A stretch of 38,924 nucleotides of DNA from a bacterium (GCA_040752695.1 JBFMGO010000045.1:1-38924); one strand, 5' to 3'; shown: positions 20,559 through 30,265, counted from the first letter of the stretch. A program made the numbers and translations. Notes: generated from the sequence alone by a model not told the origin.

Positions 20559-21782
20559 ATGCCAGGTCAGACAGAGGCATTATTCATACGGGCAGCGGAC
20601 CGATTGCCCATGAAAGATCAGCCCATAGAGATCGTGGAGAAAAAGGGGAAGGGGCACCCCGATACAATCTGTGACACGGTGATGGAAGAGGCATCTTTTG
20701 CCTTGAACAGCCTTTATCAAAAGTATGCCGGCCGGATCCTTCATTATAACCTGGATAAAGGGTTATTGGCAGCAGGAAAGGCTGCCGTTGCCTTTGGCGG
20801 AGGAGAAATCCTTACCCCCATGAGCATGATTATAGGAGACCGGGCCACTTTTCAGTATGCCGGAAAGGAGCTGCCGGTATGGGATGTTGTTCTCGGATCG
20901 GCCAAAAACTGTATCGGTCGATGTATCCGGTACCTGGATGCAGATCAGCACCTGACCTTCCAGAACGGTCTTCGTCCCGGATCGGGGGAACTTGCAGGAA
21001 TCTTCACTCAGTCAGGGGAAAGAGCGCAGGCCAATGACACATCCGCTGCGGTGGGATTTGCTCCACGGACAGCAGTCGAGGAGATGGTCCTGGCCCTTGA
21101 GGAGTACATCACCTCACAGCGCTTTCAGCTGAAATTTCCGGCTGCCGGTGAAGATGTCAAGATCATGGCTATCCGGAAGGAACAGTCAGTAGACCTGACC
21201 GTTGCCCTGGCCCTGGTAGACCGGTTTATAACCAGTGAAAGTGATTACTTCAATCAAAAAGAGGCCCTAAGCCGAAAGATAGCCGATTTTATCCGCTCCC
21301 GGTTTGACTTTGCCTCCCTGACCGTTCGTCTGAACACCCTGGACCAGCAGGGGAAGGGGACAGACGGACTTTACCTCACGGTCACCGGCACCTCGGCAGA
21401 GCAGGGGGACAGCGGTCAAGTCGGACGGGGCAATCAGATAAACGGCCTCATTTGTCTGAACCGGCCGCAGAGCAATGAAGCGGCGGCGGGCAAAAACCCC
21501 GTTAGTCATGTAGGAAAAATTTATAACTACCTGGCTTTTCTCCTGGCCAGAGATCTTTATGATACCCTTGAGGCGGCAGATGAGATATTGGTCTGGATGA
21601 CCAGCCGGATTGGTGAGTCGGTTGACCGGCCTCATCTGGTTGTGGTTGAGGTTGTTCCTCAAAAGGGGAGGGAATGTGCTGCCGGATACCGGGACATTAT
21701 TTCCTCTTGCCTGCGACACCATCTGGAGCGAATCCCGGAGCTTTGCCAGGAACTTGCCACAGGCAAAGTTGCTCTTCCCTAA
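20559..21782 (+). CDS. mat: Archaeal-type methionine adenosyltransferase (SAM synthetase)
   Basis: EIVEKKGKGHPDTICD, HYNLDK, ANDTS, GEDVKIM, YLTVTGTSAEQGDSGQVGRGN, EAAAGKNPVSHVGKIYN. Confidence 0.92.
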   Translation: MPGQTEALFIRAADRLPMKDQPIEIVEKKGKGHPDTICDTVMEEASFALNSLYQKYAGRILHYNLDKGLLAAGKAAVAFGGGEILTPMSMIIGDRATFQYAGKELPVWDVVLGSAKNCIGRCIRYLDADQHLTFQNGLRPGSGELAGIFTQSGERAQANDTSAAVGFAPRTAVEEMVLALEEYITSQRFQLKFPAAGEDVKIMAIRKEQSVDLTVALALVDRFITSESDYFNQKEALSRKIADFIRSRFDFASLTVRLNTLDQQGKGTDGLYLTVTGTSAEQGDSGQVGRGNQINGLICLNRPQSNEAAAGKNPVSHVGKIYNYLAFLLARDLYDTLEAADEILVWMTSRIGESVDRPHLVVVEVVPQKGRECAAGYRDIISSCLRHHLERIPELCQELATGKVALP

Positions 21783-21793
21783 ATACAAAAGAT

Positions 21794-22642
21794 TCAGTTT
21801 TCCCTTTTTCCTGAAAAAGCAGGGCTAGGCGGGGGGAGGCAGGCCCTTTCGCGTGGGGAGATTTGTGCCCTCTTGTGGAGATAAGCTAAAATTTCAGCCT
21901 CAATAGTTTGAATTTCAGGAACTTGCGGTAGAAATTTACAGATATGCTCTATATACCTTCGTTGAAGAATCTGGCGGTGAGTGGGGGAGAAATTAATATC
22001 GAAAACCCACCCTAAGAGCAGCAGCTTAAAATCGTTGCGGTTTTGTATGGAGGTGAGGGATGAGATTTGATGATTGTGCAGATCAGATAAAATGACCATA
22101 GAGCAGCCCGGGGTTTCCGGCAGGTCCCATTCCACGGAGGTGTCCTGCTGATCCGCCGGAGCATAAAAATGATTGACAAAAAGCTGCCAGATGTCCAGTT
22201 TATCCGCGTCCCGCAGGAGCCGGGTTATCAGTAAGGCCATGGGACTCTCCATTTCGGGGACATGCAGGGTATTATGATAGCGGACGGCCTGCTTGATCAA
22301 GTCCTGCTCTTCGGGTGGGAGTACGGCCAGGATCCTTTGTTCATCCAGCACTCTTAAGGCAATGAGTGCATGGTTTTCGGACCGGGCGTCGCTGAACGTG
22401 CCATACTGCCGCCATTGCTCGAACCTGCCCAAATCGTGAAAGAGAGCCGCAGTTTCCGCCAGCAGTTGATCCGAACCATCAAGGCCAAGATCATTACTCA
22501 AGGCCGCGATCTCCCGGCACACCCTTTGGGTGTGCTGCTCTTTTAATACGATGTTCCGCTGCCGCTCTGCTGATGCAGAGTAAAAGGTCATTACATACTG
22601 GGAAAACCAGCTCTTAAAGTGAGTCAGCAGTTCCTTTTGCAT
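21794..22642 (-). CDS. HD-domain phosphohydrolase
   Basis: KEQHTQRV...HDLGRFEQ...HN...DADKLD. The ORF extends to 22672; the MQKEL start at 22642 is preferred. Confidence 0.88.
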   Translation of the reverse strand: MQKELLTHFKSWFSQYVMTFYSASAERQRNIVLKEQHTQRVCREIAALSNDLGLDGSDQLLAETAALFHDLGRFEQWRQYGTFSDARSENHALIALRVLDEQRILAVLPPEEQDLIKQAVRYHNTLHVPEMESPMALLITRLLRDADKLDIWQLFVNHFYAPADQQDTSVEWDLPETPGCSMVILSDLHNHQISSLTSIQNRNDFKLLLLGWVFDINFSPTHRQILQRRYIEHICKFLPQVPEIQTIEAEILAYLHKRAQISPRERACLPPPSPAFSGKREN

Positions 22643-22909
22643 ACCCTTAGATATCCCTTTGTATACCCTCAAGTCTTATGTATATCCGCAAACACTGCCT
22701 TTACTGAAAAAGGTCAACGCGATTGGCTTATGGTATCAAAAGGGCGGGCTAATATCCAGAGGAATCTTAAAAATCGTCGTAATCTTGAGAAAAACGAGAG
22801 CGGGAAATCGACAGCTCTCGATTTCCCGCTTATCATGCTGATCATTCTTGCATTGCTTATCGTATCACCGTATGTATTAATCAAGTTCTCTATGAGAACC
22901 AAACCCTTA

Positions 22910-23911
22910 TCACAGGATAGGTGGCAAAACAGACAGTGGTGATACTAAAGCAGGTACTGGTGGTATTACGGCAGGAAATGGCAGTAAACCACCGGCCAGG
23001 GCAATAGCGGCCGTAGCCGTAGTGGCAGCCGGTACTACTGTTGTTGCAGGCAAGACCGTAGCCGCAGGTATGACCGTAGCCGCAGGCAGCGTCGTAGCTA
23101 AAGGCGCTGGAGCCGGAGCTGGCGCTGGAGTAGTGGCTACCGGTGTAATCGTGTTCGTTGCAGTAGGCGGTGCAGGCATTTGGCTGACAAGATCCCAATA
23201 GGTCTGCTGCAAGCCTGCCAATCCTCCCAGCCCTCCATCAAGACCGGTTATTCTCAACAGGTAATCCTGCAGCCCGGCATTGCCGCTGTTGAGTCCGGCC
23301 AGTCCGCCAAGACCGCTCCCGAACAGGCTGCTGCCGCCATAGAGTCCACCGTAGAGACCGCCCATCATGCCGTAGAGACCGCCACCGTAAAGGCCACCGT
23401 AGAGGCTGCTGCCGCCATAGAGTCCGCCGTAGAGACCGCCCATCATGCCGTAGAGACCGCCACCGTAAAGGCCACCGTAAAGGCCACCGTAGAGGCTGCT
23501 GCCGCCATAGAGTCCGCCGTAGAGACCGCCCATCATGCCGTAGAGACCGCCACCGTAAAGGCCACCGTAGAGGCTGCTGCCGCCATAGAGTCCGCCGTAG
23601 AGACCGCCCATCATGCCGTAGAGACCGCCACCGTAAAGGCCGCCGCCATAGAGTCCCCGGCCATAGAGCCCGCCGCCGTAGAGGCTGCTGCCGTAAAGCC
23701 CGCCGTAGAGGCTGCTGCCGTAAAGCCCGCCGTAGAGGCTGCTGCCGTAAAGCCCGCCGTAGAGGCTGCTGCCGTAAAGCCCGCCGCCATAGAGTCCCCG
23801 GCCATAGAGGCTGCTCAGACCCAGTTGGGCGTGGACAGATGTCGTTAAAGAAGTTACAATCAACACTGATAAAGCCGTCACCAATACCTTCAAAAACCAT
23901 TTTTTATTCAC
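22910..23911 (-). CDS. Secreted Gly/Leu/Tyr-rich (GGLYG-repeat) protein with an Ala/Thr/Pro-rich C-terminus
   Basis: GTG start with GAGGGA upstream, signal peptide ending VHA-Q, about 32 LY dipeptides within Gly-rich repeats. Confidence 0.85.
   Translation of the reverse strand: MNKKWFLKVLVTALSVLIVTSLTTSVHAQLGLSSLYGRGLYGGGLYGSSLYGGLYGSSLYGGLYGSSLYGGLYGSSLYGGGLYGRGLYGGGLYGGGLYGMMGGLYGGLYGGSSLYGGLYGGGLYGMMGGLYGGLYGGSSLYGGLYGGLYGGGLYGMMGGLYGGLYGGSSLYGGLYGGGLYGMMGGLYGGLYGGSSLFGSGLGGLAGLNSGNAGLQDYLLRITGLDGGLGGLAGLQQTYWDLVSQMPAPPTATNTITPVATTPAPAPAPAPLATTLPAATVIPAATVLPATTVVPAATTATAAIALAGGLLPFPAVIPPVPALVSPLSVLPPIL
23325..23815 (-). repeat. Nested coding tandem repeats: 27 bp x4 and about 78 bp x4
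   Basis: The 27-bp unit (ccgtagaggctgctgccgtaaagcccg on +) encodes GGLYGSSLY. The 26-aa unit [26 protein letters not shown] occurs four times; one copy has an extra 12-bp GGLY and the last is partial. Confidence 0.92.
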
Positions 23912-24102
23912 TTTTATTCCCTCACACAATAACACTGTACATTGAATTTTAACTTCTACAAATACTCTCTTCCCCTTAAGAATACGCTTTTACCGCTTAC
24001 TTTGGGTCCATGAATTATTCTCTCCCTGCATGTGACGATTCACACCTCCTTTCAAAACATGAGGCTCAATGTATTCAACTTATTTCTTCCGTTGATTAAA
24101 GA

Positions 24103-24118
24103 TGCAATTGAAATGCCA
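24103..24118 (-). promoter_or_regulatory. sigma54 promoter upstream of the GGLYG gene
   Basis: Minus strand TGGCATTTCAATTGCA. Confidence 0.75.
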
Positions 24119-24510
24119 CGGTATAAAAAGACAAAAAAGAAACAACAAGAGACAACACTGATCGCACAAGGTTTCCACTTTATCCATAAAGATTCCCGTG
24201 CGGCATGAACGTTTCTCCCCCTTTAGGCCCCAGCCATCTCCCCTCATGAGGAGGGAAAAAGAGGCATGACTCATCAAAGCCCGTGAGGAAGATTAATACC
24301 ATTAAGGCAAAATCCTCCCTTAATCCACGCCTTAAGGTTCATGATAGTGCCCCCTCGAAAGGGGAGAGAGATAGGGGTGAGAGCTCGATGTTTTGAAGCG
24401 CTCTTTTTAACTGCTCTTCTTCAGGAAAGGATGATCCGGGGGCTAAACAGGCAATATGGACTGCACGGATAATTATTATACCTCTGGTATAGGGCTTATG
24501 AAATAAGTTC

Positions 24511-24698
24511 TGAAGAGCCTGAAGGCCGCAAGGGAGAACCGCATCCTGCTTTAAGGTATTTTGCACGGGCTTGTGAGAGGCTCTCCTCAAGGCGGATGCC
24601 CTTTAGACCACCCTATTTGCAGGCTTATGGCTCTCTTTGACATCAGGAGTTCTCTCGGAGTTCTCTTGACGTCAGGAATTCCATGGACAGGCTCTCAG
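24511..24698 (+). ncRNA. Candidate structured RNA, family unknown
   Basis: Ends pair (gagcctg/caggctc), gagaac/gttctc, a long inner stem gcatcc...ggatgc, and GNRA-type loops on the + strand. Confidence 0.3.
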
Positions 24699-24792
24699 CA
24701 GATGTAAAGATTAAAGGATACTATAAAGTAAAGTTTTACTCAAGAAAAAAAAGGGAGAAAAGAGGCAGTAAAATGCCGGTGGGTATACGGCG

Positions 24793-24832
24793 AATCCAGG
24801 CAATCTGTTCGTAAGAACAGATTGCCTGGATT
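24793..24832 (-). terminator. Hairpin just after the stop of the 24853 gene
   Basis: Perfect 18-bp stem aatccaggcaatctgttc / gaacagattgcctggatt, 4-nt loop. Confidence 0.7.
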
Positions 24833-24852
24833 AAGCATATGAAAAAATGAGG

Positions 24853-26055
24853 TTATCTACTTGCCGTAAAAGTGCCTAATTCTATATTGGTACCGGTCAC
24901 GGTGTTCGTCAGAGTATATGCCCCCTCAAGGCTGTTTTCCTGAGCTGTGGCAGTAACTCTTATCGCATAAGCAACATCGCCTGACACGGTGCCGTTCAGA
25001 GTGAGTATTCCGCCGGTTTCCAGCACCCCATTGACAGGGATCACGGTAGAAGTGCTATTTTCAGTAAAGAAGGTGACTGCACCACTTACCGCTGCCGCAG
25101 CCTGGGTCAAATCCAGAGTAATCGGCTGAAACCCTGCTCCATTGCCTCCGCCGCCTTCTCCGGTGCACCCGGTTGTCGTTCCAGTAGCATTTGATGACCT
25201 TATGCTGTAAAACAGTGACCTCATGGAGCCGCTGTTAGTCGTTCTTCCCGTAGTTGGTGCGCCGCTGGCGCTATAGTTTCTCGCCCACCTGCCCTGATAC
25301 GTTCCGGTCACATTGGTAGCTGCATTGGCAGTATACGTTGTGGCAGCCGGATAATAGGTATTAGCAGCCGGATAATAAGAACTGGAAGCGGCAGTACGAT
25401 AGTACGGGCTGCTGCTGCCATAGTACGAACTGGTTGTACTTACAGGAGCATAGTAGGAAGAGACATTGGAACCATAAGATGCAGTATTATAGGAAGCGGG
25501 CGCCGTGTAACCGGCAGTGTAACTGGATGCCGGGTTATAATATCCAGTGTTACTCGATTGATTGGGAGCATAATAATAATTACCGCCAGAAACACCATAA
25601 CTCGGTGTGTAGAAAGAATTCTGGGAAGTGTAACCGAGGGTACTCGGTTGAGTGGTAGTGCTGCCATAATAATAACCCTGCGTGGATGCAGCGTAATTAT
25701 TTGAATAGCCGGATGTATTCGAATAGTAAGATGGCTGAGAATAAGATGGTGTATAGTAGTAAGATGAAGAAGATGGTGATGATGCCAGAGCAGAGTAAGA
25801 TGGTTGATAGTAAGACGTCGCAGAAGCAGAATAGGATGACGGAGCATAAAAATTGGTGCCGTACGAGTAGGTATTGGCCGTAGTTGCAGGTGGTTGATAG
25901 TATGAAGTTCCGAGTCCATAGTAGCCTTGAGCATACCGGGTCCCGGCTACTGTACTGAAGATCAGGGTGAGCATACATGTGTTTACGAAGAGAAAAAATA
26001 CCCAACCCTTTTTCGTTCTCTTCGGCTGCATCGAGAGGCAGGATTTCTTAACCAT
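24853..26055 (-). CDS. Secreted Tyr/Ser/Thr-rich low-complexity protein with a C-terminal beta-rich domain
   Basis: SD GGAGG, signal peptide ending YA-Q, about 200 aa of YY[QTA]P/SSYY-type sequence, then GTYQGRW...ITLDLTQ...GTFTASR. Confidence 0.82.
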   Translation of the reverse strand: MVKKSCLSMQPKRTKKGWVFFLFVNTCMLTLIFSTVAGTRYAQGYYGLGTSYYQPPATTANTYSYGTNFYAPSSYSASATSYYQPSYSALASSPSSSSYYYTPSYSQPSYYSNTSGYSNNYAASTQGYYYGSTTTQPSTLGYTSQNSFYTPSYGVSGGNYYYAPNQSSNTGYYNPASSYTAGYTAPASYNTASYGSNVSSYYAPVSTTSSYYGSSSPYYRTAASSSYYPAANTYYPAATTYTANAATNVTGTYQGRWARNYSASGAPTTGRTTNSGSMRSLFYSIRSSNATGTTTGCTGEGGGGNGAGFQPITLDLTQAAAAVSGAVTFFTENSTSTVIPVNGVLETGGILTLNGTVSGDVAYAIRVTATAQENSLEGAYTLTNTVTGTNIELGTFTASR

Positions 26056-26122
26056 ATCGTGTACTTCCTCCAGTCACAATGAGTTCGTGTAATCGCTTTG
26101 TGAGTCAATTTTTCCCAATGGT

Positions 26123-26138
26123 GCCAATGATCATGCCA
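26123..26138 (-). promoter_or_regulatory. Variant sigma54-like motif upstream of the 26055 start
   Basis: TGGCATGATCATTGGC: consensus -24 element, but the -12 element reads TTGG instead of TTGC. Confidence 0.35.
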
Positions 26139-26716
26139 TTGGTCAAGCCACCGGGAATCCGCATTATCCGCAAGAGCAACAAGAGTGCTGCTGTGAAAAA
26201 GAAATTTTTCCGCCTAACCAGATTTCATTCTCAGTCTGAAAAAACTCACACCTAACCATGACTCTCAGAAACACTGCCAGCCTTTAACCTGTATCTTTAC
26301 TCTTTACGCTTGATTTTTCCCTCCTTCATACGTCATAGGTTTATCCTGTGGCTTTAGCTGCATATTTAATTCCAGTCCGAGCGCAGGATTTTAACAGGAA
26401 TAAGCCTAAGGAAAAAGAAGAGGGATGGGCTGGTAATGACTGAATTTTCAATTGGCTATGCTGCTTATCGCGATTATTGGATTTTTTCAAAGCGCACCGG
26501 AACAATCTCAATTTTTTCCTCTTGTTAAGGATGGCGGGAAAGAATCTATGCGCAAAAGTGCATAATTTACAGGAATGATACAAAAAGAAAGGCTCTTGTA
26601 CCGGAGGAAAGTGCTATACGGCCAGTCATAAATTTTTTTAAGAGAGCTTTTGAGCTTCTTCGGTGGGAAAACTCCCGATTTCTCTTTTATACCCGGAGAA
26701 GAAAAGAATCGAGTTT

Positions 26717-29700
26717 TTACCTGGAAAAGAAAAACCACCTGGCGAGGGACAGGATGAAACACCCTCCTTGCGATGATTGAAGCTCTTTGGGAGCATAGGG
26801 ATCGTTGGAAGAACCTCCCCCACCATCGGGGCTGTTTGGGTCGCTGAGACTGTTGGGATCGCTGATGCTGTTGGGGTCAGCCTGACTGTTCGGGTCTACT
26901 ACGGCCGCATTCTGGTCCAGGATCAGCAGCTTCACCGATCCTTCTGTCGGCTGGCCGGTAGCCTCCAGGAAGCCGTCCCCAAAAGCAAACCGGTAAGCCA
27001 GACTGATCGGAGGAGTGCCTGAAGGGCTTATTGCCAAAGACCGTGTATAGACCTTGCCATCGCTGAAGTCAGGATCGAGGGAATCGATTTCATCCATGCC
27101 GTATTTTTCAGATTCCTGGTATTGGCCGTCGTTGTTTTCATCCACCCACAGTTGCCTGAACCTCGGAGCGAGATTATTCGAATTGATGTATTTCACCCGA
27201 AACTCGAACCGGAACCCGGACGGTCCGCTGTCCGGATTGACCCCATCGAGCATATAGCCCTCATCCTGTGTCCAGGTTAGATATACCGGAGATGTGGCCT
27301 CGATTTGAGCGCCATTCAGGGACGGCTCGCCGGAAGCAAAATTTTTCCCATCCGAGAAGACAAATTTATACCGGATATTCTCTCCTCCCAAAAGGGAGAT
27401 ATTGAGCAGGAGCGCATATATTTTCCCATCCATCATGTTGGTATCAGACGGTATCAATGCTTCCATGGAATGCTTTTCCCCCTGGCTGAATTGGCCGTCG
27501 GCATTCTCGTCTACCCACACCTCACTTAAAGTTGGAGGATCGTTGTCCTGATCCTGATAAGAAACATGGAATTCATAACCATTTCCTCCCGCTTCCGTTT
27601 TAAAGCGAACCCCTTCGGTAAATCCTCCCTCGGAGGTCCAGGACAGGAGTGGTACGGATGAATTGGGAGTTACGAAAAAAAAATGGTCCGTCGAGGGTTC
27701 TCCTTCGACCGGCCCATTGGCATTGGAAAAGTTAAAGCGGTACTTGACCGTGTTTGCAGCACTGGTTGTTGAATCCGGCAGGTATAAGCAGGAAACCGAT
27801 TTTTGATACCCCCTTCCTTCCGAGAAGCTTTTGGTATCGAAGGCGGCCATGGGGAATTTTTCATCCTGGGAATAGGTATTATCACGGTTTATATCAACCC
27901 ATACTTCAGCAGTTGATGGCGGGTCGTTTTCCGCATCGCGGTATTTGATCATAAGGGAAAAGGCAGAGCCTCCCGGTGCACTGTTGGGCTTTACTCCGTC
28001 AGACTCATAATCGCTCGTGCCCATCCATTCGAGTGACGCGGGACTGTCCCCCAACATGACCGGGTGGTTTTTGACCGGCTCTCCAGTCGCCTCATTCGTT
28101 CCGTCACTGAAAACGAACCGGTAGTTGATTTTTCCATCTCCGGCAAACTCCAGCGTTGTGCTGGCCTTGTAGATAGTTCCTTGAATATAATTGCCTCCCG
28201 ACTCGGCAGTCATGTTCATGATCTTATCCATAAGCGGACTGTCGGGATTGATGGAGTAAATACCATCGTCATCCTGGTCAATCCACAACTGGGCCTTTTG
28301 AGGCGCGAGGTTGTTCACGTTCCGGTATTTTACCCGAAACTCGAAGGTGGTTCCTGCCGGGCCGGTGCCCGGGTTGACTCCGCTGCTCTGGTAGCCGGTC
28401 TCCCCGGTCCAGGAGAGGACAGGAGGAGAAGAGGCTTGGAAAGTCTGGGCATAAATATCGGAATTGTTGGATCGTTTTTCTTCCCAGACAATTACGTACT
28501 CGCCGGTATCTGGCATGCGGGTGACTGCGGCCGGGTAATCCGGAGGAGATAAGCCTACGATGCCTAAGGTTAATCCCGATGATGATTTGGTCTGGCTGTC
28601 AAGGAAGGAACCAGCGCTGCTCAGGCGGGCATAGTAGACTTCGGGCTTCCCCGATCTGGTATCCTTCCACGCTATCAGGTAGTGATTCTCACAAAAGATG
28701 GCTGAGGGATTGAGCTGATCCTGTTGTGCCTGGGTAATTGCAAAAACTCCCCGCGAGTCAAGAACCCCCTGGTCGGAAATCAGGGTGCCTACCACATCGG
28801 CATAGCTGCCCTCTGCGTGAACATCCCAGACCACGAGAAAGTCTTTTCCGTCTGAAACTGCAACCGGGTTCAGTTTAAGCCCCTCACCCCCGCCGATATG
28901 CACGGGAGATCCTAAGACCTGACCCGATGCAGACATCAGGCAGCCGTAAATATCCCCTGTTGATGCATCGACGGTGCTTTGCCAGACAACAAGATAGTCA
29001 GTTCCGTTAAAGGCCCCATAAGGGTTGGTTCCGGGAACTTCGATTCCCGATATGAGCAGCCCGCCGGTGTCCGGGGGGCCATCGAACAACTGGAAATCAC
29101 TGGAGACCCTGGTAGCGTATATTCCCGGAGAGCTAGTGATCCTATGGTCTTCCCAGATGACCAGGTAATTTTGCTCACTTGCGTTCCAGAGCAGGGCAGG
29201 TTGAATCTGGTCACCGGCAGCCGCCGAGATGGCCATGCCCCCCTGTCCCTGGGTCTGGGTTGGCGCGTTGTCCAGAACGCTGCCTGAAGGGTTCACCCTG
29301 GCGCCGCAGATATCGGAATTGTCGGTGCGCTTATCCTCCCAGACAACGAAATAATTGCTCCCGTTCCAGACCGCCAGAGGGTTCTTCTGATCTCCCGATG
29401 CAGTACAAATGGGAAAGGGTGTGGCAGTGGTCTGCTGCTGGCCGGTTGCAGGAGGGTGTATCTGGCTGCCGGACACAATGGCCCCATAGATGTCAGAGGA
29501 TCCATTGACGATGTTTTCCCAGACAACCAGAAAACTCCCCTGTCCGGAATAAGCGATATGCGGATGGGTTTGATCCGTCTGTCCTCCCTGGACCATCACG
29601 TCACTCCACACCCATCCATATACAGAAGAAGAGGACATGAATACCGGAAAAGATCCTGAAAGAACAATAGCCACTATCACGAATAGCGGTGAAGTGATAA

Positions 29701-29749
29701 AATGAATCTTTTTCAGGGAAAGGAAAATAAGCCTTTTCAACTGTCTCAT
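26717..29749 (-). CDS. Large exported protein: propeller-like repeats, four ~125-aa repeats and a GGCFI (CFI-box-CTERM-like) tail
   Basis: Repeated YLVVWED.R...DIYG motifs; four LxW...WVDxNxDG...YRFxFSDG...GEP units; DPNS x4 linker; terminal GGCFILSL. Confidence 0.85.
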   Translation of the reverse strand: MRQLKRLIFLSLKKIHFITSPLFVIVAIVLSGSFPVFMSSSSVYGWVWSDVMVQGGQTDQTHPHIAYSGQGSFLVVWENIVNGSSDIYGAIVSGSQIHPPATGQQQTTATPFPICTASGDQKNPLAVWNGSNYFVVWEDKRTDNSDICGARVNPSGSVLDNAPTQTQGQGGMAISAAAGDQIQPALLWNASEQNYLVIWEDHRITSSPGIYATRVSSDFQLFDGPPDTGGLLISGIEVPGTNPYGAFNGTDYLVVWQSTVDASTGDIYGCLMSASGQVLGSPVHIGGGEGLKLNPVAVSDGKDFLVVWDVHAEGSYADVVGTLISDQGVLDSRGVFAITQAQQDQLNPSAIFCENHYLIAWKDTRSGKPEVYYARLSSAGSFLDSQTKSSSGLTLGIVGLSPPDYPAAVTRMPDTGEYVIVWEEKRSNNSDIYAQTFQASSPPVLSWTGETGYQSSGVNPGTGPAGTTFEFRVKYRNVNNLAPQKAQLWIDQDDDGIYSINPDSPLMDKIMNMTAESGGNYIQGTIYKASTTLEFAGDGKINYRFVFSDGTNEATGEPVKNHPVMLGDSPASLEWMGTSDYESDGVKPNSAPGGSAFSLMIKYRDAENDPPSTAEVWVDINRDNTYSQDEKFPMAAFDTKSFSEGRGYQKSVSCLYLPDSTTSAANTVKYRFNFSNANGPVEGEPSTDHFFFVTPNSSVPLLSWTSEGGFTEGVRFKTEAGGNGYEFHVSYQDQDNDPPTLSEVWVDENADGQFSQGEKHSMEALIPSDTNMMDGKIYALLLNISLLGGENIRYKFVFSDGKNFASGEPSLNGAQIEATSPVYLTWTQDEGYMLDGVNPDSGPSGFRFEFRVKYINSNNLAPRFRQLWVDENNDGQYQESEKYGMDEIDSLDPDFSDGKVYTRSLAISPSGTPPISLAYRFAFGDGFLEATGQPTEGSVKLLILDQNAAVVDPNSQADPNSISDPNSLSDPNSPDGGGGSSNDPYAPKELQSSQGGCFILSLARWFFFSR

Positions 29750-29833
29750 CGCCTTTCAGGAAAATAGTGATGACAATTTACCAGATACTTTTATCGGGAA
29801 TGCCGCCTGTGCCGTGCTTTCGTTCACAGGGAG

Positions 29834-29849
29834 AGCAAAACCTGTGCCA
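29834..29849 (-). promoter_or_regulatory. sigma54 promoter upstream of the 1010-aa gene
   Basis: Minus strand TGGCACAGGTTTTGCT, near-perfect consensus, 85 bp from the ATG. Confidence 0.8.
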
Positions 29850-30265
29850 TTATTTCCGGTCAAAAATGAGACACAGTAAGATGAATGTTTTAGCCATGTT
29901 ATTGCTTTTTTGCTGATTGGCAAGTGGTACGGCAGGTATTGATAGAATCGTATACAGATCAGTTATTGGACACTCCCTTTGTCTTTAATCGGACAGGGCC
30001 GGCAAAAAAAGAGGAGGAGGTATTAATATTGCAGATGAAGAATAGCTAAGTACAGGGCGCGGGAATGACAAAGGATTACCTCACATTATATCCAGTCGCG
30101 TATTTACCGGGACGTGTACTAAGGAACTCCTAGTGCCATGATTACCCGGTGCTGAATGAGGTACGATACCCCTTTTTTTAAAGAGGGGATGACGGATGCT
30201 TGATAGCGTTTTCCTGACTCTCGTTGACGAGGGCCGGGTTTCCTTAATTCTAAGGAGGATGTATT

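Noticed and set aside
23325..23815. CRISPR array
   Set aside because: The repeats are contiguous with no unique spacers, keep the reading frame, and no cas genes are present.
23180..23900. Alternative ORFs across the repeat (AVEAAAVKP on +; LRRALRQQP on -)
   Set aside because: Shadow frames of a stop-poor repeat. Only the GGLYG frame has an SD, a signal peptide and an upstream promoter motif.
24511..24700. Glycine riboswitch or 6S RNA
   Set aside because: Fragments resemble the glycine aptamer, but the order is wrong and no + strand gene follows. The pairing is too asymmetric for a confident 6S call. Kept only as an unassigned candidate.
26341..26826. Short ORFs between the Tyr/Ser gene and the 1010-aa gene
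   Set aside because: AT-rich, mutually overlapping, non-ATG starts and no protein-like features.
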